The translations under genes and the position numbers were made by a program. The notes under the pieces are model-generated. The model saw nothing but the letters and a program-made list of their open reading frames with translations. It searched no databases and was not told where the DNA came from. A stretch of 63,944 nt of DNA, the filler included, from Candidatus Desantisbacteria bacterium CG1_02_49_89 (GTDB taxonomy: Bacteria; Desantisbacteria; UBA1551): assembly GCA_001871075.1 (NCBI GenBank). It is 4 parts of 4 records of this genome, joined end to end, with 100 filler letters (N's around TTAATTAATTAA, not from the genome) between each part and the next. Parts side by side here need not be neighbours in the genome. Positions count along the whole stretch, not along the records: positions 17,110 to 32,868 come from MNUP01000054.1; positions 32,969 to 49,845 come from MNUP01000093.1; 2 more parts are not named here. One strand, given 5' to 3'. This document shows, one piece after another, positions 29,863-38,908 of this stretch (position 1 is the first letter of the stretch; the number at the start of each line of letters is the position of its first letter).

Positions 29863-30861
29863 ATGGCAAGACCTATCAGAATAGTATACGAGGGCGCCCT
29901 GTACCACGTTACTTCAAGGGGTAATGAGCGAAAAAGGATCTTCCAGAACTCGGATGACAGGAGGAAATTTTTATCTATTATCAACGAAGCATACCAGCGA
30001 TATGGCATTTTTCTTCACTGCTTTGTTCTTATGGATAACCACTATCATATGATGATCGAGACTCCGAAAGGCAATCTTATACAGGCAATGCATTATATTA
30101 ACGGAAAATATACACTATTCTATAATTGGAGGCATAAAAGAACAGGCCATCTTTTCCAGGGAAGGTATAAAGGCATTCTTGTTGAAAAGGATGAATACCT
30201 GCTTGAACTGAGCAGGTATATACACTTAAACCCGGTCCGGACAGGGGAAGTGGCTAATCCGGCAAACTATGTCTGGAGCAGTTTTGTCTACTACATGGAT
30301 AGCTCCAAGACAAGCCCGGATTGGTTGAGAAAAACCTTTATTTTAGGCCAGTTTTCTCATAAAGACAACCAGGCAAGGTCAAGATATGCCGGGTTTGTTA
30401 AGGAAGGTATCCGAAAATCACCCCAGAACCCCCTTTCAAAGACCTATGCCCAGGCTATTCTTGGCAGTGAAAGGTTCAGAATACAGGTAAAGGAAAGGCT
30501 GGGCAAGCCCAGGATCCAGCCAGAAGTGCCTTCCACCAGGAAGCTCGCCGAAGATTCCTGGCTTACCCCTGAAGAGGTGATAAAGCTGGTTGCAGGATAT
30601 TTCGGTGCGCCAAAGGATGTCATGGTTTTGAAGGGCAAGAAGGCCAACCTGGCAAGAACTGCTGCAATTTACCTGTGCAGAAAATACACGCCCGCAAGCC
30701 TTTTAAGCCTTAGTTCCCATTTCGGAAATATAGTGTATTCATCCATTACGCAGGTCTCAAGAAGAATGGAGAACAAGCGGAAAGTTGACAGATATCTTGA
30801 CAGGAAGATCAGGGCTGTTGAAAAGGTGCTGGAAAACAAGCGGTTGCAAAGAGTTTCTTAG
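29863..30861 (+). mobile_element. REP-associated tyrosine transposase (RAYT, Y1 HUH) with C-terminal DnaA_C-like HTH
   Basis: YHVTSRGNER, LMDNHYH (HUH), GHLFQGRY, YIHLNPVR, YVWSS; C-terminal ARTAAIYLCRKYT..SL....HFG. Confidence 0.88.
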
Positions 30862-30873
30862 TATATTTATTTT

Positions 30874-30957
30874 GAGTGAAATGTCAAGACCTGACCCCAG
30901 TTTTATCAGTGTGAAAAGAAAAAATGGAAAGAGTGAAATGTCAAGACCTGACCCCAG
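30874..30957. repeat. Two identical 27-bp direct repeats separated by a 30-bp spacer
   Basis: GAGTGAAATGTCAAGACCTGACCCCAG at 30874-30900 and 30931-30957. Confidence 0.95.
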
Positions 30958-30992
30958 CGGTTTAAAATAATTTGGGAAAAGTGATTTTTTAC

Positions 30993-31020
30993 TTGACAAA
31001 AAGCCAGGAATAAATATAAT
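30993..31020 (+). promoter_or_regulatory. Sigma70-type promoter upstream of the DUF11 cluster
   Basis: TTGACA-16 bp-TATAAT. Confidence 0.65.
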
Positions 31021-31437
31021 ATAACCAGTAAGATAATTAACGTAAGACGCTCTTATACCTAACTACAAAATCCTTTCTCATCTTTTACGACAAACCCAAT
31101 CTCTCACACTTACACGCTTTCAAAAGCGCCTTGCCGTTGCGGTACGCCAAAAGTAAACTTAAAAGTAAACTTTAATCTTCGTTCGAGTGTCAAACTTATC
31201 GGGACTAAAAGACCAGGCTGTGATTATTTTTTGCCGCAGGCCCTGGTTTTACATACGGTAGCCGCAAGCTTGAGCTTGCGTATTTTCAAAAGAAAAGATC
31301 CTTTGAAACCCGGTTATCAGTTTTCAGCCAAAAACCTGCTTTTTATCATTTTTAAAAGAAAGCGGGTTTGGCCCAGAAAGACCCTGCGCATATGTATATG
31401 ATAGATTTGACAGATTTGATAAAATTGGAGAGAATAG

Positions 31438-32028
31438 GTGAGTAAAATAAAAACATCTTTATCTTATAAAACCAGCCCGGAGAGAATAACCGAAGACGCC
31501 AACAGATACATCAGGTTCTGGGGCGCCTGTATTTCGATCAGCCTATGCATGCTTTTGCTTGTATGGGCTGTTTTTATTTCCGGAGGCCCGGCAACGTCCT
31601 ATGCCGACATCCAAAACTTCGCCTCATACAGCCAATATAATAATTTATCTCTGGAAGACACCCAGACCGGTCCGTATACTAATACAGTAAATGGCACATA
31701 TACATACCATCAGCTCGTTCTCGTTAAATACTCGATCAACCGCCGCCTGTATCCAAGCGGCACCAACTGGTCAGACACCCTGGCTGTCGATGCGGTCCAG
31801 GACGATACGGTTGAGTTCAGGATCACCTGGCAGGATTCAGGTGTCGGAGGCACGGCTGACACGGTTGTTCTTACAGACGCGGTGCCATCGAACGTGACCT
31901 ATATTGACAGCCAGATAGTATCAGGCGGCGGGACGCTTTCTTATTCAGCGCCTACATTACTCTGGTTGAAGAATAACGTAAGCCCGGGAGAGACCGGGGA
32001 TATCAGATACAGGGCAAGGGTGAACTAA
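31438..32028 (+). CDS. Secreted single DUF11-like domain protein (permuted topology)
   Basis: GTG after GGAG; hydrophobic leader; VDAVQDDTVEFRITW...VVLTDAVPSNVTYI...VSPGETGDIRYRARVN. Confidence 0.8.
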   Translation: MSKIKTSLSYKTSPERITEDANRYIRFWGACISISLCMLLLVWAVFISGGPATSYADIQNFASYSQYNNLSLEDTQTGPYTNTVNGTYTYHQLVLVKYSINRRLYPSGTNWSDTLAVDAVQDDTVEFRITWQDSGVGGTADTVVLTDAVPSNVTYIDSQIVSGGGTLSYSAPTLLWLKNNVSPGETGDIRYRARVN

Positions 32029-32032
32029 TAAA

Positions 32033-32572
32033 ATGTCTAACCTTATAGCGAACATGCATTTTGGTAAGAAAATAACGGCAGCACTTATCGCCCTGGTTGC
32101 CATAGTATGTATTTATGTTATACCAGCATTAGCAGTTACAACAGTAGTTAATAAATGCACAAGCACCTTCCAGATGACAGGAGCCGCAGTCACAACCTCA
32201 GGATGGGATACCGCGAATGTCAGGGTTCAGACCAGCCCAAGCCTCACAGTAAAGAAATACGCAAAAAATATTAGGACCGGGATCGAGCAGGATTACAGCG
32301 TTGACGCAGTCACAGGCGACTCGATCGAATTCAGGATCACCTGGTCAAATGACGGAGAAGCAAAAGCAGATACGATCGTGCTCAGGGATTATATACCTTC
32401 AGGCATGACATATATCGCGGCTTCAGCGACTGACACGGAAATTAACTGCGACAGCCCGACAACAGCAACATACAACGCAGGCCTGGTCAGTTACACAGGC
32501 ATAGGAGCCGCAGGAACAGACCCAAGCCCTGCTGCTAACGGCGTGATAAGGTTCAGGGTTACGGTGAACTAA
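32033..32572 (+). CDS. Secreted single DUF11-like domain protein (permuted topology)
   Basis: Signal peptide ending ALA; PSLTVKK, GDSIEFRITWSNDG, IVLRDYIPSGMTYI, VIRFRVTVN. Confidence 0.85.
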   Translation: MSNLIANMHFGKKITAALIALVAIVCIYVIPALAVTTVVNKCTSTFQMTGAAVTTSGWDTANVRVQTSPSLTVKKYAKNIRTGIEQDYSVDAVTGDSIEFRITWSNDGEAKADTIVLRDYIPSGMTYIAASATDTEINCDSPTTATYNAGLVSYTGIGAAGTDPSPAANGVIRFRVTVN

Positions 32573-32696
32573 TAATAATAGCTCATAGCTCATGGCTCAT
32601 AGCAGAAACAAAAACGAAAATAAAAATAAAAGCAAAAAGAAATAAGTAAAAAGTAAAAGAAACAAGTAAGAGTAACAAAAATTAAAAGGAGGCAGT

Positions 32697-32868
32697 ATGA
32701 AAAGGTTCATGGTAGCAGCGGCAGTGGTGGTCGGGTTGGTCGGATTGGTCGGAATGGTCAGAGTTGCTGACGCGGTAACAGTCATCAATAACTGGTGCAC
32801 AGGAACATATCAGCTGACAGGGAAAACGGTTGCAAGCAGCGGGATAGACAGCGCGGTAGTCAGGGCTC
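32697..32868 (+). CDS. Third paralogous secreted subunit, 3'-truncated at contig end
   Basis: AGGAGG RBS; signal peptide ending ADA; VTVINNWCTGTYQLTG...SGIDSAVVR matches VTTVVNKCTSTFQMTG...SGWDTANVR of 32033. Confidence 0.8.
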
Positions 32869-32968
32869 NNNNNNNNNNNNNNNNNNNNNNNNNNNNNNNN
32901 NNNNNNNNNNNNTTAATTAATTAANNNNNNNNNNNNNNNNNNNNNNNNNNNNNNNNNNNNNNNNNNNN
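32869..32968. other. Artificial contig linker
   Basis: N44-TTAATTAATTAA-N44. Confidence 0.98.
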
Positions 32969-32970
32969 TT

Positions 32971-33522
32971 CCCACTGCTTTTTCAGGAAAGCAAAAAGTG
33001 GGACTCGCTTTATGCGGCCAGTGGCCAGTAAAAGACATAAATGATTCAAAGAAATTAACGGCAAAGACAAGAGAAAGGCTTTTTGAAGAGATCAATAAAA
33101 ACGCTTATTCGGTGGGTGTCGGGATAGTTGATAACGAAATAATTGATAAGTCGAATATACTTGAGGCCGCCTTGCTCGCGATGAGAAAGGCGGTTTTTAA
33201 TTTAATGGACCCGCCCGGATATATATTAATAGACGGCCTGCAGGTTCCGTTCCCGAAAGGGCACTGCGTTCCCCAGCAGGCCGTGGTCAGGGGAGACAGC
33301 AAAGTCATTTCGATCGCGGCCGCCTCCATAATAGCCAAGGTCACCAGGGACCGTATTATGGGGGAATACGCGAGAAAGTTCCCGCAGTATAAATTTGAAG
33401 TCCATAAAGGCTATCCGACAAAAGAGCACGTGCGCATCCTGAATGAACTGGGGCCGTGCCCGATCCACAGAAGGACTTTCAAACCGGTAAAAGCAGTGTC
33501 CAGTATCCAGTATCCAGTTTAA
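32971..33522 (+). CDS. rnhB: Ribonuclease HII, 5'-truncated at contig start
   Basis: INDSKKL, NILEA, ILIDG, GDSK..SIAAASIIAKVTRD, HKGYPT, IHRRTF. Confidence 0.93.
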   Translation, partial: PTAFSGKQKVGLALCGQWPVKDINDSKKLTAKTRERLFEEINKNAYSVGVGIVDNEIIDKSNILEAALLAMRKAVFNLMDPPGYILIDGLQVPFPKGHCVPQQAVVRGDSKVISIAAASIIAKVTRDRIMGEYARKFPQYKFEVHKGYPTKEHVRILNELGPCPIHRRTFKPVKAVSSIQYPV

Positions 33523-33610
33523 TAATATTATAATATTTAAAATTTCTTTCATTATAGAGAGTAGCGGTCGGATTTATCGGGACATAATAATAAAAGGATT
33601 GAGCGAATCT

Positions 33611-33976
33611 ATGGACAAAATAGGTTTGGGCAAGCGCGGTGAGGATATCGCGGCTGGTTACCTGAAAAAGCGGGGTTATAAGATAATAGAAAGGAATTAC
33701 AGGTCCAGGCTGGGCGAGATAGACATAGTTGCCGCGCATAGGTCCTTCACTGTTTTTGTGGAAGTTAAGACCAGGACAGGGAACGATTTCGGCTTTCCGC
33801 AGGAATCAGTTGAAGAGCGTAAGCAGCGCAGGATGGTCAGGGTAGCCCAGGTCTATATAAAGCACAGGAGGCTGCCTGATGGTCATTTCAGGTTTGATGT
33901 AGTCAGCATAGATTTTTCCGGGAAAAAGCCGTCGGTAAACCTGATCCCGGGCGCTTTTTTGTCCGAACCCGAGTGA
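33611..33976 (+). CDS. yraN: YraN family (UPF0102) endonuclease
   Basis: LGKRGEDIAAGYL...ERNYR...GEIDIVA...FVEVKTR...RFDVV; follows rnhB. Confidence 0.92.
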   Translation: MDKIGLGKRGEDIAAGYLKKRGYKIIERNYRSRLGEIDIVAAHRSFTVFVEVKTRTGNDFGFPQESVEERKQRRMVRVAQVYIKHRRLPDGHFRFDVVSIDFSGKKPSVNLIPGAFLSEPE

Positions 33977-34007
33977 CGGTAAAAATCATGATTTCAGCTG
34001 TTTTTCC

Positions 34008-34036
34008 TTGACTTTTTTGTAAAAAATAGATATAAT
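34008..34036 (+). promoter_or_regulatory. Sigma70-type promoter
   Basis: TTGACT-17 bp-TATAAT. Confidence 0.7.
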
Positions 34037-34069
34037 ATATAGTAGTAATTTAATAAATAAGAGAAAAAT

Positions 34070-35119
34070 ATGAAAAAAATCTTGTGTTCCACCACAATTG
34101 TATCTTTGGTCCTGCTTGGTTTCTGCTTGGCAGTGCCTTCTGTATGTCATGCATCGCTGCATTCAATAACCGATCTTGCGGTAAGCGAGGCCGGTTATGA
34201 TTCAGCAGGCTTTTACGTCAAGCTTTCCTGGACCGCGACAACAAATGACGACCCGATTGATTTCGGGGCGCAGTTCCTCTATTATTTATACAGCCGCAAC
34301 GGCCGGGACGGCTTATCCTCTGCTTCTTTGGACAGCCAGTGCATAGCAACTACATCATCTAATAGTTATAGCTGGCATCCGTCCGTGACCCAGGATTATA
34401 TGTTTATGGTGATCGCTACCGAAACCTTCGGGTTGCACGTGGGGGACAGCACCTGTTCAAACACGGCGGTAAATCATTGCCCTTACGGTTTATACGGCAC
34501 CGAAGGGACCAACGGGGCAAGCTGGAGTTTTCCCTTTAGCCTTCGGGGTAACGCTTATGTGAATGTCAGGATCTACGCGCCCGGCGCAATCCTTAATCAG
34601 GACACTTACGGCCATACGGTTCACGACGCCGCATACAACAGCTGCATAAGAAACCTTGTTGTAAAGCAGTTAATGTCTTACGGGTCGCAGAGCGCCTCGT
34701 GGAACTGCAAAGACGACACGGGAACTTATGTTACCAGCGGTAATTACCTGGTTCTGGTCGAGGCAATATTAAACGACACCGAAGTGATAGGCAGCGAGAC
34801 CGTCACCGCGTCTGTAAACGTCGAGATAGGCCAGACCGTGCACACTTACCCGAACCCGTCAAAAGGCCAGCCGATCAATTTTGAATATATTGTCGGCACC
34901 GCGCCTGCCGAAATTACCATTGAAGTTTATACGATAACCGGGGAGCTTGTCTGGACCAATACTTATAATTACGCGAGCACCGGAACGAAAACAGAGATGT
35001 GGAATTGCCTGAACAGTTCCGGATGTTTGATCGGTAGCGACATATACGTTTACAGGATAATCCAGAAGGTCGGCACTGATACGACTATCGCGGTAAAAAA
35101 ACTCATTTACGTGAGATAA
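34070..35119 (+). CDS. Secreted protein with Fn3-like and FlgD-Ig domains plus T9SS-like C-terminal sorting domain
   Basis: Signal peptide; SWNCKDDTG..V.SGNY; TYPNP...IEVYTITGELV...WNC.N..G..IGSDIYVY...KKLIYVR. Confidence 0.75.
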   Translation: MKKILCSTTIVSLVLLGFCLAVPSVCHASLHSITDLAVSEAGYDSAGFYVKLSWTATTNDDPIDFGAQFLYYLYSRNGRDGLSSASLDSQCIATTSSNSYSWHPSVTQDYMFMVIATETFGLHVGDSTCSNTAVNHCPYGLYGTEGTNGASWSFPFSLRGNAYVNVRIYAPGAILNQDTYGHTVHDAAYNSCIRNLVVKQLMSYGSQSASWNCKDDTGTYVTSGNYLVLVEAILNDTEVIGSETVTASVNVEIGQTVHTYPNPSKGQPINFEYIVGTAPAEITIEVYTITGELVWTNTYNYASTGTKTEMWNCLNSSGCLIGSDIYVYRIIQKVGTDTTIAVKKLIYVR

Positions 35120-35120
35120 A

Positions 35121-36113
35121 ATGAAAAAAGAAAAAAGACCTATTTTATGCTTAAGCATAACAATAATTATGGCATGCGCCTTTATTTTCAGCGTGTTTTG
35201 TACGCATGCCGGCGCGCAGATAACAAACGTGGGAACGAGCACCGCGAATTTCCTTAAAATTGGGCTCGGGGGACGTTCCGCCGGAATGGGCGGTGCTGTT
35301 GTTGCCTCGGGCGAGGGCGTTGAATCTCTTTTCTGCAATCCCGCCGGACTTTCTTTGGCGAAAATGGTGGAATTGGGCGCCAGCTTCAATAACTGGTTTG
35401 AAGGCATATCCAACACGTACCTGGCATTCGGGTATCCTTTTAAGAACGGCAAAACCGTCCTGGGCCTGACTGCCGCTTACTGGAACATGGGCGAGATCGA
35501 GGTCACATCGACATCCTCGACAGTCGAAAGGTATGCGACCGTTACCGAGGGTTTCGGCGGAGTTTCTATCAGCCACGCGTTAATGCCCGGCCTGCTTGCA
35601 GGCATATCTGTGAAATATATATTCCAGGACCTGGTTGCCTGTTCAGTAAACGGTGTTTCGGCGGATGTCGGTCTGGTTATACTACTCGGTGATATGGTCC
35701 GTATCGGAGTTGCCGGGCAGAATTTAGGGACGGTCCAGGCGGTAGGCGGAACCCAGGATGCGCTTCCAACAGTGGTAAAGGCGGGCGGTTCTCTAACACT
35801 CTGGAAAACCGCCACGATCGAGGTGGACGCAGTGATACCCAGGGATAATGATGTAAAGCTGCAGGCCGGCCTGGAATACCTGATAAAGTCTTCGGAATAC
35901 AATAGCGCGATAGCCCTTCGCGCAGGATACAACCAGGCAGAAGCTACGAGTGCCACAGCAGCCCCGAGCGACCTTTCGGGGATCTCGGTCGGAATAGGAA
36001 TAAGGGGATGTGTGGGAGAAGGCTCTTCCGAGAATATGCTTATTGATTACGCCTACGTTCCTTTCGGGGGTTTCGGCGTGACCCACAGGTTCTCCATGGT
36101 GATGAGATTCTAA
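35121..36113 (+). CDS. PorV/PorQ family outer-membrane beta-barrel
   Basis: FLKIGLGGRSAGMGGA...NPAGL; C-terminal DYAYVPFGGFGVTHRFSMVMRF. Confidence 0.88.
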   Translation: MKKEKRPILCLSITIIMACAFIFSVFCTHAGAQITNVGTSTANFLKIGLGGRSAGMGGAVVASGEGVESLFCNPAGLSLAKMVELGASFNNWFEGISNTYLAFGYPFKNGKTVLGLTAAYWNMGEIEVTSTSSTVERYATVTEGFGGVSISHALMPGLLAGISVKYIFQDLVACSVNGVSADVGLVILLGDMVRIGVAGQNLGTVQAVGGTQDALPTVVKAGGSLTLWKTATIEVDAVIPRDNDVKLQAGLEYLIKSSEYNSAIALRAGYNQAEATSATAAPSDLSGISVGIGIRGCVGEGSSENMLIDYAYVPFGGFGVTHRFSMVMRF

Positions 36114-36156
36114 ACTACTTTGAAATGTCATTGCGAGTGGAACGAAGCAATCTAAG

Positions 36157-36188
36157 AATGGGCTCGATGACCTCGGGCCCATTTTTTA
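36157..36188 (+). terminator. Intrinsic terminator after second PorV-like gene
   Basis: ATGGGCTCGA-TGACC-TCGGGCCCAT followed by T-tract. Confidence 0.75.
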
Positions 36189-36303
36189 TTTAAAGATGAT
36201 TACGGTGATTATTGACTGATGATTACAGTGTTAAAAACAAATAAAACAATAGTTTTATCTAACCAACTAACAAACTAACCAACGGTATTTCGGGGCGCTC
36301 CGC

Positions 36304-37446
36304 ATGAGCAGAAATGTAAAAGTGTTACTGCTGATATCGGTCATATTCGGGCTCGCGCTGGGGATCTACGAGTTTATTTTCCCGCTTTACCTGAACGATA
36401 TGCACATTTCCTTCCGGAACATGGGGATCATATTCTCGCTGAGTTCCATAGCGATGTTCTTTATAAGGATCCACGCCGGCCAGCTCGCGGACGTCCACGG
36501 AAGAAAAAAGTTTTACTCGCTTGCGTTACTGGGCTCGGGCTTAGCCAGCCTTTTTACTCCTTTTACCCTGAGGATCTCTTTGCAGACGGTCCTGAAAAGT
36601 CTCAGGGAAGCGTGCGCGGTGGTGCAGGAGAGCATCCATTCCGTCGCGCTTTACGAGAATGTAAAGTCAAAATTCCTGGATTTCATAGGCAAGACCGTGG
36701 GCGCGCAGTGGGTTTTCCAGGGCCTGGGAGCCCTGGTCGCGGGCGGGATGCTGGTATTTTTCGGATACAGGAACATTTTTCTTTTCAACGCGGGGCTGCT
36801 TTTTTCCGCCTTCCTGATCTTCACAATTTTTTTCAGCGAGAAGGACTTTAAAAAAAGCGATCCTTCCGCGGCCGTGCCGTTCAGGAAGCTTTACGCGCTT
36901 GACTTCAGCCGCCCGATGATGATCATAATGCTGTCAAGTTTCGTGTTCAACATAGGGATGGGAAGCAGCCACTCGTTCATAATGCCGCTTTTTTTCCTGG
37001 ATAAATTTGCGATCTCAAAGGGCGCGGTAAGCATCGTAATGGCGGTCCACCGCCTGACCCTGGGCCTTCCCATGATCTTCGCGGGATGGTTCATAAACGA
37101 AAAAATGAACCTAAAGCGTATTTACATATGGTTCATCGCGCTGGAAGGGATAATGATGGCGGCTTCCGCCCTGATACCGAATTTTTTCATTGCGACCGCG
37201 GTCTGGCTCGCGCACGATTACGTCGGCGCTGCGTTCTGGAGTCCGGTGTCAAAAACCCTTATCCAGCGGTATTCAAGGCAGGAGTCCCGTGCCTACGACG
37301 TGAGCAAGGTAGCGGCTTTCTCAACCCTGGGCCTGATAATCGGCCCGCTTATTGCCGGGTGGCTCGCGGGTATTTCGATAAGCGCCCCGTTCTTCGCGGC
37401 CGGGATGATCATGATAGTGTCCGCGCTGATGCTTGTTCCCCTCTAA
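36304..37446 (+). CDS. MFS transporter
   Basis: About 12 TM segments; MFS motif A-like GQLADVHGRKK. Confidence 0.88.
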   Translation: MSRNVKVLLLISVIFGLALGIYEFIFPLYLNDMHISFRNMGIIFSLSSIAMFFIRIHAGQLADVHGRKKFYSLALLGSGLASLFTPFTLRISLQTVLKSLREACAVVQESIHSVALYENVKSKFLDFIGKTVGAQWVFQGLGALVAGGMLVFFGYRNIFLFNAGLLFSAFLIFTIFFSEKDFKKSDPSAAVPFRKLYALDFSRPMMIIMLSSFVFNIGMGSSHSFIMPLFFLDKFAISKGAVSIVMAVHRLTLGLPMIFAGWFINEKMNLKRIYIWFIALEGIMMAASALIPNFFIATAVWLAHDYVGAAFWSPVSKTLIQRYSRQESRAYDVSKVAAFSTLGLIIGPLIAGWLAGISISAPFFAAGMIMIVSALMLVPL

Positions 37447-37498
37447 AAGACAACCACGGAGACACGGAGGCACAGAGAACCACAATTTATATATTTTC

Positions 37499-37527
37499 TT
37501 GACAAAATATCTTTTATCTGGTATAAT
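37499..37527 (+). promoter_or_regulatory. Sigma70-type promoter for fba
   Basis: TTGACA-17 bp-TATAAT with TGn. Confidence 0.75.
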
Positions 37528-37588
37528 TTTTAACATCGTAATCTCTTTTGAAATCACCGTAATCAGCATTTAAAAAGGAGGAAAGGAA

Positions 37589-38785
37589 ATGGCAGCAAAA
37601 CTATACTCGTTCGTGCCCCTTATGCAGGCAGCAGAGCAGGCTTCTTTGAAAGGGCACCCTTCGGCAGTGGGCGCTTTCAACGTAAATTTTTACGCCCAGG
37701 CAGAAGGCATACTCGAAGGGCTTAAAAGGGCGGAAGCACCCGGAATAATACAGGCAAGCAAGGGGGCGAATAAGTTCCAGGGAGGCGCGGACAAGATCCA
37801 GTACATGCTCCTGAAAGCAATGGATAATATGAAGTTCGGAAATCCCATTGCCCTGCACCTTGACCACGGTGACACAAAGAGCGCGAAAGACTGCGTTGAC
37901 AAGGGATTCAGCTCGGTAATGATAGACGCTTCCAAGCTGGACGAGCCGCAGAACATAGAAACCACGAAAGAGATCGTGTTATACGCGCACGCCAAAGGTG
38001 TTGGTGTTGAGGGCGAATACGGGAAACTCGCCGGAGTGGAAGAAGACATCGCTCACGAAAACACAACCTACGCGGACCCCAAGTTCGTGCCGGTTTTCCT
38101 GGACAGGTCAGGCGCGGATGCCCTTGCCGTGGCATACGGCACCTCGCACGGCCCTAACAAGGGAAAGACAAGCGCCCTTAACGTGGGCATAGTCACAGAA
38201 AGTTACGCGGGCCTGAAGGCGTACCGCATGAACACGCGGTATTTCCTGGTGGGCCACGGCTCTTCAACCGTCCCGAAAGAACTTGTGGATGAGATAAACA
38301 GGTTCGGAGGAACGCTGAAGGGCACAAGCGGCGTGCCGGATTACATGATAAAGAACGCGATAAAGGAAGGGATAAGGAAGGTCAACATAGATACCGATCT
38401 GCGGCTCGGAATAACCGCCGTGTTCAGGAAATATTTAAGCGACCATAAGGACATAGAGAAGAAGTCGGAAATACTGGGAGTGATAAAAAGGGTTTTCTCG
38501 GGTGAAACGCCGGCGAAGGACAAGGACGGGAACCCCGTTGATTCCGGAGGTCTTGTTGACCCAAGGAGCTACCTGGACCCGGTAATGGCGATGGACCCCG
38601 GTATCCTGAGGGAAGATTACAGGAAGCTTAAAGACGAAGCCTTCATCGAAGTAATGAACATGGTAAGGGAAAGGATCGCGGAGCACGTGAAGGGCCTCTG
38701 CGTCATGTTCGGTTCCGCCGGTCTTGCTTCCCAGGTCGATACGGGGATGACGCTGGAAGCAATGGCCGCGCAATACGGCAAATAA
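37589..38785 (+). CDS. fba: Class II fructose-bisphosphate aldolase
   Basis: AVGAFN, LHLDHG, SSVMIDAS, VEGEYG, GTSHG, HGSS, KVNIDTDLR, DPR. Confidence 0.9.
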   Translation: MAAKLYSFVPLMQAAEQASLKGHPSAVGAFNVNFYAQAEGILEGLKRAEAPGIIQASKGANKFQGGADKIQYMLLKAMDNMKFGNPIALHLDHGDTKSAKDCVDKGFSSVMIDASKLDEPQNIETTKEIVLYAHAKGVGVEGEYGKLAGVEEDIAHENTTYADPKFVPVFLDRSGADALAVAYGTSHGPNKGKTSALNVGIVTESYAGLKAYRMNTRYFLVGHGSSTVPKELVDEINRFGGTLKGTSGVPDYMIKNAIKEGIRKVNIDTDLRLGITAVFRKYLSDHKDIEKKSEILGVIKRVFSGETPAKDKDGNPVDSGGLVDPRSYLDPVMAMDPGILREDYRKLKDEAFIEVMNMVRERIAEHVKGLCVMFGSAGLASQVDTGMTLEAMAAQYGK

Positions 38786-38826
38786 AACTGCGGGCAGCAT
38801 CCGTTTTCTTTTTCTGCAAGTAAAAG

Positions 38827-38853
38827 ATCCCCGTTTGTTTGCGGGGATTTTTT
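38827..38853 (+). terminator. Intrinsic terminator after fba
   Basis: ATCCCCG...CGGGGAT followed by T-tract. Confidence 0.7.
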
Positions 38854-38908
38854 ATTTTATACGAAGCGAGTGCAGCGAACGAAGAGAGTACAACAGGGCA
38901 GGGAAAAG

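Noticed and set aside
30874-30957. CRISPR array
   Set aside because: Only two repeats, non-palindromic, no cas genes; the motif recurs beside RAYT genes
31021-31437. Riboswitch (e.g. c-di-GMP) in the long leader of the DUF11 operon
   Set aside because: Hairpins are present but I could not find the consensus motifs; needs an Rfam scan
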